NCBI RefSeq assembly: GCF_000091665.1
Contig: NC_000909.1
Location: forward strand, 503,581 to 535,580
Length of the DNA stretch: 32,000 bases
Direction: 5' to 3'
Origin: Methanocaldococcus jannaschii DSM 2661
GTDB taxonomy: Archaea > AGJL01 > Methanococci > Methanococcales > Methanocaldococcaceae
This document shows, one piece after another, positions 16,534-24,981 of this stretch. The notes beneath the pieces are model-generated. The model did not search any database. It worked only from the letters and a program-made list of their open reading frames with translations, and was not told where the DNA came from. A program made the position numbers and the translations under genes. How positions within the stretch are numbered: position 1 is the first letter of the stretch; every line of letters starts with the position of its first letter.

Positions 16534-17826
16534 TTAATCCTTCTTTTCTATAAACTCCCTCAAAACAGAGGTTGCATAATTTCCTTTTTTTAAACAAAAC
16601 TGCAAAACATAGCTGTCATCTTCAATCCAATATTTCATATTGTATATTTTTCCAATCATCGCCCTTCTATCTCCAATAAATGAACCAAACTCACCAATCT
16701 TGAAATCCTCTGGACTTAGATTTTCTCTCTCATAAATCTCTCTCTCAATCTCTCCTTGTATTCCAGATGCAAACCTTGTTTTATATCCAAACAATGCCCC
16801 ACTCGGCACATTATCAATTAAAATATCCCCTTCCATAGGTTCAAAGCCATACTCAAACCTTCTATTGATTATCTCATTGAATAAATAGGATTGATAAGCA
16901 TTTATAAACATGCACCTTAAGTATGGTGGAAGAATCATAAATGCCTTTTGATAGCTCCCAGTTTCTATATAAGCTTTAATCATCCTTCTTTCATAAAAGA
17001 AAGCCTTTGGGAATTTTTTATACGCCTCTTTAAAATTCTCTTCATCCACCAACTCCCTTGCCAACTTTGATTTTTTGTCATCGTAAGGAAGGGGAGTTCC
17101 ACAATATGCATGGAAAGCTCCCTCCCAGTCTCTCTCTATAATAAACCTCCCAACTATGTGAGTTATTGGCCTTGTAGTTCCAAACCTTTGAACACCATAG
17201 TAATTTAAGAAGTATTTTAGCTTACATAACTTATTTAAAGCTTCTTCCAATTCTTTTCCTTTAAGCTCAGGCTCTCTAACTCTTATAGTAAATCTATTCC
17301 CCCACAAATCCCCCAACCTTATTTTTCTATTTGTTTTTTGGAAATCTCTCAATATTATGCCTTTAATCTTAACTTTCATTAAATCTTCTAACTTTACATT
17401 AAAACAGCCCACTCTTTGAGTAGTTACGGCATATTTATCCTTATTGCCAGCAAATCCAAAATGCTTTCTCTGCTTTCCTACTCTGTTTGCTATTTCTCTA
17501 ATGGCATCTAAAGTTGTCCAATTCCTCTTCTCTAATGTGAAGTGTATATAATTTCCCTTCCAATTTTCTTCATCTTTAAATTCTATACTCTTTCCAACTT
17601 CTAAAATAATTCCTTCTGGAGTTATCTCTTCAACAATAAAATCCTCTGGATATTTTTTAATAATTCCTCCTGTATAAGCATCAGTTAAGTATTTATTCAT
17701 GTTTAATGGCATTTCTTTTAGCTTTTCTTTAATTCTGCTGTCTCTTAATTTTTTTCTATATCTTTTTAATTTTTCTTTCAAATTTTTTTCACTTTCTTCC
17801 TTTCTCTGCTGAATCAAAAAATACAT
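16534..17826 (-). CDS. truD: tRNA pseudouridine synthase TruD/Pus7 family
   Basis: FGFAGNKDKYAVTTQ (catalytic Asp motif), GNRFTIRVRE, and YGVQRFG. A strong SD AGGTGA lies 4 nt upstream of ATG 17826. Confidence 0.9.
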   Translation of the reverse strand: MYFLIQQRKEESEKNLKEKLKRYRKKLRDSRIKEKLKEMPLNMNKYLTDAYTGGIIKKYPEDFIVEEITPEGIILEVGKSIEFKDEENWKGNYIHFTLEKRNWTTLDAIREIANRVGKQRKHFGFAGNKDKYAVTTQRVGCFNVKLEDLMKVKIKGIILRDFQKTNRKIRLGDLWGNRFTIRVREPELKGKELEEALNKLCKLKYFLNYYGVQRFGTTRPITHIVGRFIIERDWEGAFHAYCGTPLPYDDKKSKLARELVDEENFKEAYKKFPKAFFYERRMIKAYIETGSYQKAFMILPPYLRCMFINAYQSYLFNEIINRRFEYGFEPMEGDILIDNVPSGALFGYKTRFASGIQGEIEREIYERENLSPEDFKIGEFGSFIGDRRAMIGKIYNMKYWIEDDSYVLQFCLKKGNYATSVLREFIEKKD

Positions 17827-17881
17827 ATAATCACCTACAATACTTTAATAGTAATTAGTTAAATCTTAATTTGGTGATAGT

Positions 17882-18190
17882 GTGAGACCTAAAGAGGTCT
17901 GGAGAGAGTTGTTAGAGATAGCAAAAAATTACTATGATGAGGATAAGATTTTTTACTCCAAAACAAAAAGAGGGGCTTATAGGATAAAAAGCTTTACCAA
18001 GGATAAAATAGTTATTGAAAAATTGAGAGGAAAGTTGGATGAGGTTTTAGGGAAAAAGAGGTTTGTTGAAAATTGGGATAAACTTGTTCATGGTGTTGAA
18101 TGGAATATACCACCAGCAATAAAATCTTTTCTAAAGTTACATCCAAAAATAGTGGAAAATGAAGATGGAAATCTTATTTATAAAGAATAA
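17882..18190 (+). CDS. Hypothetical protein (102 aa)
   Basis: GTG start preceded by the SD ggtga. The composition is coding-like, but no family was recognised. Confidence 0.55.
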   Translation: MRPKEVWRELLEIAKNYYDEDKIFYSKTKRGAYRIKSFTKDKIVIEKLRGKLDEVLGKKRFVENWDKLVHGVEWNIPPAIKSFLKLHPKIVENEDGNLIYKE

Positions 18191-18192
18191 CT

Positions 18193-18336
18193 TTATTCTT
18201 TTTTAAAGAGATGGCCGTGAGCTTTATTTACATGTCTTGTGTAATCTTTTGAATATCTGAAAATTTTTCCACATCTTGGACATTTAAAGAATGTTTCCCC
18301 ATCTCTACTTGTTATTTTTATAGCTTTTAATCTCAT
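18193..18336 (-). CDS. 47-aa classical C2H2 zinc-finger micro-protein (not in the ORF track)
   Basis: Sequence [47 protein letters not shown]. It follows the C-x2-C-x12-H-x4-H pattern with F/Y hydrophobic core positions. A strong SD GGAGGTGA (complement of 18343-18350) lies 6 nt before the ATG. Confidence 0.65.
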   Translation of the reverse strand: MRLKAIKITSRDGETFFKCPRCGKIFRYSKDYTRHVNKAHGHLFKKE

Positions 18337-18446
18337 AAAATCTCACCTCCATAATCGTTATTTGTTTAGGAGGTGAGAGTATATAAATGTTAAAAGAGAT
18401 AATAATTAGAATATTAAAAATCACTATAAAAATTTTTCTCTGAAAA

Positions 18447-20561
18447 ATGTGGGGGAGGGATTATGAGCTTAAATATATTTCCTATCCAAAATCAGTTGCT
18501 ATTATTGGAGCTTCAAAAACTGAAGGAAAGGTTGGATATGCAATAATGAAAAATTTAAAAGACTTTAATGGAAAAATCTATCCCATAAATCCAAAATATG
18601 ATGAAATATTCGGAATAAAATGCTATAAATCAGTTTTGGACGTTGAGGATGACATAGATTTGGCAGTTATAGTAGTTCCAAATATTGTTGTTCCTAAGGT
18701 ATTGGAAGAATGTGGAAAAAAAGGGGTTAAAGGGGCTGTAATTATTACAGCTGGCTTTTCAGAAGTAGGAAATTATGAGTTGGAAAATAAAATTAAAGAA
18801 ATAGCAAAAAGATACAACATAAGAATTATAGGGCCTAATTGTTTAGGTATAATGAACACCCATATAAACTTAAATGCCACATTTGCGAAGGTATTTCCTC
18901 CAAAAGGAGGAGTTTCAATAATCTCACAAAGTGGGGCTGTTTTAAATGCCATATTAGACATAGCCCCTTTATTGAATATTGGCTTTTCTAAAGTTGTTAG
19001 CATTGGAAATAAAGCTGATATTCAGGAAAGTGATTTATTAGAGTATTTTTTAGATGATGAAGATACTAAGATAGTTGTTTTATACATAGAAGGATTAAAG
19101 GATAAGAGATTTTTAAAAGTAGCTAAAAAATTATCTAAGAAAAAGCCAATAATTGCCCTAAAATCTGGAAGAACTGAAGTAGGAAAGAAAGCGGCAAAAT
19201 CCCACACTGGCTCTTTAGCTGGAGAAGATGTTATCTATGAGGCAGCGTTTAAAGAAGCTGGGATAATTAGGGCATATACGTTTGAGGAGTTAGTTGATTT
19301 AATCCATTTATTCTCAACACAGCCAACAATAAGCTCAAATGAAATTGGAATAATAACAAATGCAGGAGGATTTGGAGTTTTAGCAGCTGATAGCTGTGTT
19401 GATTATAACATGAAGCTATCTAACTTTGAAAAATCAACAATAGAAAAGCTTAAAAATATTCTGCCACCAACTGCCAATATATCAAATCCATTGGATATTA
19501 TAGGAGATGCCACACCAGAGAGATATAAAAAGGTTATAGAAGTTTTAGCTGAAGATAGCAATGTTAAGGGGCTTTTAGTTATCTTAACTCCACAAGAGAT
19601 GACAAAACCATTAGAAGTTGCTAAATCTATTATAGAAGTTAAAAATTCCCATAAAGAATTTAAAAATAAACCGTTAATTACTTCATTTGTTGGAGGAGTT
19701 TCAGTTAAAGGAGCTAAAAGTTATTTAAGGAAGAATGGAATCCCTGCATACATAACTCCAGAAAATGGTGTCAAAGCCCTATCTCATCTCTATAAATATA
19801 GCTTAATGAAAGTTAAGGAAGATTATGATGAATACTTAGAAAATATTAAAGAAGAGTTCATAAAAATTACTGAAGAAAATAAAGAAATTATTAAAGAATT
19901 ATTATCAAATCCAAATGAATACACTGCTAAAAAATTATTAAGCATTTATGGTCTTCCAGTTCCTAAGGGCTATTTAGCTAAAAATGAAGATGAAGCTTTA
20001 GAATATTGCAAAAAATTAGGTAAATGCGTAATGAAAATTGTCTCACCACAAATAATACATAAAACGGAGGCAGGAGGAGTTATAATAAATCCAAAAAATC
20101 CTAAAGAGGCATTTAAAAAATTAATTGAAAATGCTAAGGAATATGCAAAAAGAATGGGCATTGATAATTTAATTATAGAGGGAGTGTTAGTTGAAGAGTT
20201 CATTGAGAAAGATATGATGGAAATTATAATAGGGGCTAAGAGGGATGATATTTTTGGCTCTGTAGTTATGGTTGGGTTAGGAGGAGTATTTGTTGAGGTT
20301 TTAAAAGATGTATCTTTTGGCATTTCGCCAATAACAAGGGACTTTGCTCATGAGATGTTGAGGGAATTGAAATCCTATAAAGTCTTAGAAGGCGTTAGAG
20401 GAAGACCTAAGAGAGATATTAACTTTATTGTTGATACCCTAATAAAGATTGGAGTATTTATGGATATTCACAAAGAGATTAAAGAGCTTGATTTAAACCC
20501 AGTATTTGTCTTTAATGAAAAAGAGGGAGGATGTATAGGTGATGCAAGAATAATTAAATAA
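18447..20561 (+). CDS. ADP-forming acetyl-CoA synthetase (acetate--CoA ligase), fused alpha-beta form
   Basis: PKSVAIIGAS...GKVGY CoA-binding N-terminus, the phosphohistidine loop KSHTGSLAG, and a C-terminal ATP-grasp domain (KIVSPQIIHKTEAGGV). Confidence 0.9.
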   Translation: MWGRDYELKYISYPKSVAIIGASKTEGKVGYAIMKNLKDFNGKIYPINPKYDEIFGIKCYKSVLDVEDDIDLAVIVVPNIVVPKVLEECGKKGVKGAVIITAGFSEVGNYELENKIKEIAKRYNIRIIGPNCLGIMNTHINLNATFAKVFPPKGGVSIISQSGAVLNAILDIAPLLNIGFSKVVSIGNKADIQESDLLEYFLDDEDTKIVVLYIEGLKDKRFLKVAKKLSKKKPIIALKSGRTEVGKKAAKSHTGSLAGEDVIYEAAFKEAGIIRAYTFEELVDLIHLFSTQPTISSNEIGIITNAGGFGVLAADSCVDYNMKLSNFEKSTIEKLKNILPPTANISNPLDIIGDATPERYKKVIEVLAEDSNVKGLLVILTPQEMTKPLEVAKSIIEVKNSHKEFKNKPLITSFVGGVSVKGAKSYLRKNGIPAYITPENGVKALSHLYKYSLMKVKEDYDEYLENIKEEFIKITEENKEIIKELLSNPNEYTAKKLLSIYGLPVPKGYLAKNEDEALEYCKKLGKCVMKIVSPQIIHKTEAGGVIINPKNPKEAFKKLIENAKEYAKRMGIDNLIIEGVLVEEFIEKDMMEIIIGAKRDDIFGSVVMVGLGGVFVEVLKDVSFGISPITRDFAHEMLRELKSYKVLEGVRGRPKRDINFIVDTLIKIGVFMDIHKEIKELDLNPVFVFNEKEGGCIGDARIIK

Positions 20562-20608
20562 ATTTAATTTATTTCTGAAAAAACAGATAAATCCACACAA
20601 TAATAGAA

Positions 20609-20642
20609 GCTAACCGGTCCCAAAATTGGGTTCCCGGTTAGC
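20609..20642 (-). promoter_or_regulatory. Archaeal SECIS element (cis-acting mRNA hairpin)
   Basis: The minus-strand RNA reads GCUAACCGG-GAA-CCC-AAUUUU-GGG-A-CCGGUUAGC. It has a 9-bp lower stem, a GAA/A internal loop, three G-C pairs and a 6-nt loop. It begins inside the last codon and stop codon of the selenoprotein ORF. Confidence 0.85.
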
Positions 20643-20925
20643 ACTCACTACTACCTTCTATCTTAAGATACTTTCCAAATATTGACCTTCTCAATGAGAT
20701 ATTAACTTCATCAAGCCATTGATCTGCTATGGGGTCAATATAAACTTTAAATTCATTATCGTAAATTAATTTATCATTTTCGTTGGGGTGGGCGATAGCT
20801 ATTCCAAACTTAGGACCTCCTCAAGCAAATCCTTCAAAGTATATAACTACTTTATCCTGATTAGCTTTCTTTAACTTATCTAAGATGAATTTCTTAGCTT
20901 CATCAGATATAACAACCTTCTTCAT
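20638..20925 (-). CDS. HesB/IscA-like selenoprotein (95 aa, Sec at codon 35 encoded by TGA at 20821-20823)
   Basis: An SD GGTGA (complement of 20932-20936) lies 6 nt before the ATG. Sequence MKKVVISDEAKKFILDKLKKANQDKVVIYFEGFA-U-GGPKFGIAIAHPNENDKLIYDNEFKVYIDPIADQWLDEVNISLRRSIFGKYLKIEGSSEC*. A SECIS element follows directly downstream. Confidence 0.85.
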
Positions 20926-21136
20926 TCCATATCACCACTTTTATTATAATCCTATATCTCATATATATAATTTATGGTTATGTCAATACTTAACACAACC
21001 ATATAAAATAAGACTATAAAAATAAAAATAAAAAAGAAAAGAATAAAAATAATAAGATATTATAATGAGATGAATTAGTTAAAAACATTAAGCTAATTAT
21101 TTAACTACTTTAAAATACTTATAATGGTGATATTTT

Positions 21137-21922
21137 ATGCAAATGGTACCTCCAAGTGCTTATGATAGGGCTATTACAGTGTTTAGCCCAGAAGGTAGAT
21201 TATATCAAGTAGAGTATGCAAGAGAGGCAGTGAGAAGAGGGACAACAGCGATAGGTATTGCCTGTAAAGATGGTGTAGTTTTAGCGGTAGATAGAAGAAT
21301 AACAAGCAAACTCGTAAAAATCAGGTCAATAGAAAAGATATTCCAAATTGACGACCACGTTGCTGCTGCTACCTCTGGATTGGTAGCTGATGCGAGAGTT
21401 TTAATAGATAGAGCGAGATTAGAAGCCCAAATTTACAGATTAACTTATGGAGAGGAAATATCAATTGAAATGCTGGCTAAAAAGATTTGTGATATTAAAC
21501 AAGCTTATACTCAACATGGTGGAGTTAGACCGTTTGGAGTTTCATTATTAATTGCTGGAATAGACAAAAATGAAGCAAGATTATTTGAAACAGACCCAAG
21601 TGGGGCTTTAATTGAATATAAAGCAACAGCAATAGGTAGTGGAAGACCCGTAGTTATGGAATTATTGGAGAAAGAGTATAGAGATGATATAACATTAGAT
21701 GAAGGTTTGGAATTAGCTATAACTGCTTTAACAAAAGCAAACGAAGACATAAAACCTGAAAATGTTGATGTTTGTATCATAACGGTTAAAGACGCACAAT
21801 TTAAAAAAATTCCTGTGGAAGAGATAAAAAAACTTATAGAAAAAGTTAAAAAGAAATTAAATGAAGAAAATAAGAAAGAGGAAGAGAATAGAGAAGAAAC
21901 TAAAGAAAAACAAGAAGAATAA
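21137..21922 (+). CDS. psmA: Proteasome alpha subunit
   Basis: [24 protein letters not shown] is the hallmark N-terminus. The C-terminal tail is K/E-rich. Confidence 0.97.
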   Translation: MQMVPPSAYDRAITVFSPEGRLYQVEYAREAVRRGTTAIGIACKDGVVLAVDRRITSKLVKIRSIEKIFQIDDHVAAATSGLVADARVLIDRARLEAQIYRLTYGEEISIEMLAKKICDIKQAYTQHGGVRPFGVSLLIAGIDKNEARLFETDPSGALIEYKATAIGSGRPVVMELLEKEYRDDITLDEGLELAITALTKANEDIKPENVDVCIITVKDAQFKKIPVEEIKKLIEKVKKKLNEENKKEEENREETKEKQEE

Positions 21923-22071
21923 ATTATAGTAAAATTTTTAAATCCAACTATTTTAAATTATTTTTAGAGTATTAATATTATTTGGGAGTATCCTACTCAC
22001 TCTCACTAAAGTAATTTTTATAAATTCAAAACCCTTAGCCGAAACATTTATATAATGTGGGGAGGGATATT

Positions 22072-22779
22072 ATGGTGTCCTTAGAAGAGGCAGTAATAGC
22101 AAGATATACATCCCATGGCGAAAAATTTGAAATTTTAGTTGACCCATATTTAGCGGCTAAGCTTAAAGAAGGGCAAAATGTAGATTTTGATGAGCTTTTA
22201 GCTATTGAAGTTGTATTTAGAGATGCAAGTAAAGGGGAGAAAGCCCCTGAAGAGTTACTATCAAAAATATTTGGAACAACAGATGTTAAAGAAATTGCTA
22301 AAAAAATTATATTAAAAGGTCAAGTTCAATTAACTGCTAAGCAGAGAGAAGAAATTAGAGAACAAAAAAAGAGGCAAATTATAACCATAATTAGTAGAAA
22401 CACAATAAACCCTCAAACAGATACTCCACATCCACCGCATAGAATTGAAAAGGCAATGGAAGAGTTAAGAATTAACATAGACATTTATAAAAGTGCTGAA
22501 GAACAAGTCCCTGAAATTGTTAAAAAGCTTAAAAAAGTTCTACCTATTAGATTTGAAAAGAGAGATATCGCTGTTAAAATCCCAGCAGAATTCGCTTCTA
22601 AGGCATATAATGCTTTATACCAATTTGGAGCTGTTAAGCAGGAAGAATGGCAGCCAGATGGTTCTCTAATTGTATTAATTGAAATACCAAGTGGTATTGA
22701 AGCGGAGTTTTATGCTCATCTAAATAAAATAACCAAAGGAAATGTCCAAACAAAGGTTGTTAAGAAATACAGTGAATAA
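22072..22779 (+). CDS. SBDS/Sdo1-family ribosome maturation protein
   Basis: [16 protein letters not shown]... (FYSH domain) and the overall three-domain length. ATG 22072 follows the SD gggagg. The track start at 22057 is GTG. Confidence 0.9.
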   Translation: MVSLEEAVIARYTSHGEKFEILVDPYLAAKLKEGQNVDFDELLAIEVVFRDASKGEKAPEELLSKIFGTTDVKEIAKKIILKGQVQLTAKQREEIREQKKRQIITIISRNTINPQTDTPHPPHRIEKAMEELRINIDIYKSAEEQVPEIVKKLKKVLPIRFEKRDIAVKIPAEFASKAYNALYQFGAVKQEEWQPDGSLIVLIEIPSGIEAEFYAHLNKITKGNVQTKVVKKYSE

Positions 22780-22821
22780 TTTATAGATATTAAATAGATA
22801 TTAAAGACGAGGTGAGAGAGT

Positions 22822-23100
22822 ATGTTCAGCCACACAAAGAAAGTAGGTCCAACAGGAAGATTTGGACCAAGATATGGTTTAAAAATAAGAGTTAGAGTTA
22901 GAGATGTTGAAATTAAAGCTAAAAAGAAATATAAATGTCCTGTCTGTGGATTTCCAAAATTAAAGAGAGCTTCAACATCAATATGGGTTTGTGGAAAGTG
23001 TGGAGCTAAGATAGCTGGAGGAGCATACACACCAGAAACAGGTGCAGGAAAGGCTGTTATGAAGGCAATTAGAAGAATTGTTGAGAGAAAAGAAGAATAA
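22822..23100 (+). CDS. rpl37ae: Ribosomal protein L37Ae (eL43)
   Basis: [15 protein letters not shown]... and the zinc ribbon CPVCG...CGKCG. Confidence 0.95.
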   Translation: MFSHTKKVGPTGRFGPRYGLKIRVRVRDVEIKAKKKYKCPVCGFPKLKRASTSIWVCGKCGAKIAGGAYTPETGAGKAVMKAIRRIVERKEE

Positions 23101-23162
23101 CTTTTCATTATTTAGCATTATTATTTTATAAATTTTTATAACTTTTATTTTTGGGGATGTAT

Positions 23163-23303
23163 ATGGTAGAATACAAGTGTTTAAACTGTAAAAAGATAAT
23201 AAAACTTGAAGAGCTGGGAAAAAGAGCAAGATGTCCTCACTGCAGTTATAAGATATTGGTTAAACTTAGACCAAAAGTAGTTAAACATGTAAAGGCGAGA
23301 TAA
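23163..23303 (+). CDS. rpoP: RNA polymerase subunit P (Rpo12/RpoP), 46 aa (not in the ORF track)
   Basis: Sequence [46 protein letters not shown]. It has the zinc ribbon CxxC...CxxC and sits in the canonical position after rpl37ae. Confidence 0.85.
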
Positions 23304-23304
23304 A

Positions 23305-23814
23305 ATGATACTAACAACTTCAAGAAAACCCTCCCAAAGAACAAGAAGTTTTGCGAGAGATTTAGAGAGAACTTTAAATATTCCCTATGTTCAGAGAGGG
23401 AAGCTTTCATTAAAGGAGATTTTTGAAATTGATAAGCATGTTCTTTTAATTGGTGAGTTTAAAGCTAACCCTGGAACTTTAGTTGTTTATGATGTTGAAA
23501 ATGAAAAAAGACTATCAAGCTTTATCTCTGTTAAATTACAGAGAGAGATTTGTGGAGAGAAAATATATAATGATGATGGAATAAGAATAAAAATAAGTAG
23601 AGAACTTAAAGATAACGAGGAATTTCAAAAATACTATGAAATTTATGATGAATTTTTATTCCAACATTTAAATATTAATGAGGATAGTGATATAACATTG
23701 AGGTTGGAAAAAGACCCAAAATATCTATTTGCTATACAATTTTATAAAGGGAGAGTTAAAATAGGGCCTTTGATTAGAATAAAATCTATTAAGTTGTTTG
23801 ACAGCCTTTTATAA
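23305..23814 (+). CDS. Brix-domain (Imp4-like) ribosome biogenesis protein
   Basis: The N-terminus [20 protein letters not shown] is typical of archaeal Brix proteins, and the gene sits in the conserved position. Confidence 0.85.
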
Positions 23815-23824
23815 AGGGATTTTC

Positions 23825-24067
23825 ATGAATTCTTTTGAGTTAATATTGGAGTTTGATAGTGAGGAAGAGGCTGAAATTATCTATAAATCCATATTTTTGG
23901 AACATTTAACTTCTCAAATAAAATCCTCCGCCACAATGGAAATAAATAAAAATATAATAACGATAAATGTTAAAGCTAAAGATATTTCTATATTAAAGGC
24001 ATCTATCTATTCCTACTTAAGATGGATAGGTGTTGCACAAAACATTTATAAGATTTGTAAAGAATGA
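23825..24067 (+). CDS. pcc1: KEOPS subunit Pcc1-like protein
   Basis: An ~80-aa protein (EFDSEEEAEIIYKSI...ITINVKAKDISILKASIYSYLRWI) matching the Pcc1/CTAG fold pattern and its usual position next to Brix/rplX. ATG 23825 is preferred; the track start at 23798 is TTG. Confidence 0.6.
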   Translation: MNSFELILEFDSEEEAEIIYKSIFLEHLTSQIKSSATMEINKNIITINVKAKDISILKASIYSYLRWIGVAQNIYKICKE

Positions 24068-24079
24068 GGAGGTGGTAAT

Positions 24080-24310
24080 TTGGCTAAGATATTTAGAATA
24101 ACTGGAATTATGAGCAAAAAAGGTAAAGACCCATTATACTTTAGAAAGGAATACAAAGCATTAAAACCAGAAGATGCTTTAGAGATATTATACTCTGAAT
24201 TTGGAGGAAGATACAAAGTTAAAAGAAGTAGAATAAAAATCTTAAATATTGAGGAAATAAAGCCAGAGGATGTAACAGACCCTGTCTTAAAGAAATTAGT
24301 TACTGCCTAA
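24080..24310 (+). CDS. rplX: Ribosomal protein LX (L18Ae/eL20 family)
   Basis: KIFRITG...FRKEYKALKPEDALEILYSEFGGRYKVKRSRIKI. The start codon is TTG, preceded by a strong SD ggaggtgg. Confidence 0.85.
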   Translation: MAKIFRITGIMSKKGKDPLYFRKEYKALKPEDALEILYSEFGGRYKVKRSRIKILNIEEIKPEDVTDPVLKKLVTA

Positions 24311-24396
24311 TAGAGACTTAATTAAAGAGAATGATAACCTTCGCATCTAAGTCTTAAATTGATTATTATATAAACTGTAAAATCTCAACATCCATC

Positions 24397-24414
24397 TTTT
24401 TTGTTTATTTTTTT
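24397..24414 (+). terminator. Oligo-T tract pair, candidate archaeal intrinsic terminator for the rplX transcript
   Basis: A T6 run (24397-24402) and a T7 run (24408-24414) lie about 90-100 nt after the rplX stop, before the next promoter region. Confidence 0.3.
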
Positions 24415-24471
24415 ATTTTATAATCCATTTTTAACATTCAATTAAGTCTAAAATTTTATTTTGGTGAGATT

Positions 24472-24897
24472 GTGGAAGATAAAATTGAGTTTATGGCTAA
24501 GCATAAAAAATGGTTCGTAGTGAAAAAATTAAAAATAGATGAAAATACTGAAGATATTGAGATAGCGAGGTTATTGGCATCAATAGATGAGACAGTTTTA
24601 AATAAAATCCCTGAATATTTGCCATTTGATATGAATAAGTTGTATGAGATTGCAGATGGAATATATCAAAAGAAAAAAGGAAGGATTACAGAAGAAGAGA
24701 TTGCAGAAGTTTTAAAGAAATTAAAATCTCCAGCAACTACAAGAAAATTAAATGAGATTACTGAATCAAAGGAAGGTAAGGAGATATTAAAAGCTATTTT
24801 AAATAACATAATATTAGAGAGATTAGGAATTCAAACAAGAGTTTCTCCAAAAGTTATTGAGAAATATATTGAGAATAGTCAATCTTCAAATAGATAA
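24472..24897 (+). CDS. Hypothetical protein (141 aa, helical, K/E-rich)
   Basis: GTG start 4 nt after the SD ggtga (24463-24467). No family recognised. Confidence 0.55.
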   Translation: MEDKIEFMAKHKKWFVVKKLKIDENTEDIEIARLLASIDETVLNKIPEYLPFDMNKLYEIADGIYQKKKGRITEEEIAEVLKKLKSPATTRKLNEITESKEGKEILKAILNNIILERLGIQTRVSPKVIEKYIENSQSSNR

Positions 24898-24981
24898 TTA
24901 ATTTTCTATTATTTAAGCCAAAAGCTTATAAGTTCATTATTAAATAATGAAGTTTGAAGATTGACTATCGGGAGAGAGAAA

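Noticed and set aside
22716-23229. Two minus-strand track ORFs (22716-23108 and 22978-23229) across rpl37ae and rpoP
   Set aside because: They are antisense to two universally conserved zinc-ribbon genes, so they are spurious.
24311-24471. Possible small RNA (C/D box, H/ACA) or MITE after rplX. Evidence considered: 10-bp inverted repeat agacttaatt (24314-24323) / aattaagtct (24440-24449), and a local 7-bp hairpin 24314-24320/24348-24354
   Set aside because: There are no proper C (rtgatga) / D (ctga) box pairs and no ACA box. The inverted repeat is short, AT-rich and 116 nt apart. The hairpin plus downstream T-runs is adequately explained as a 3'-end/terminator region.
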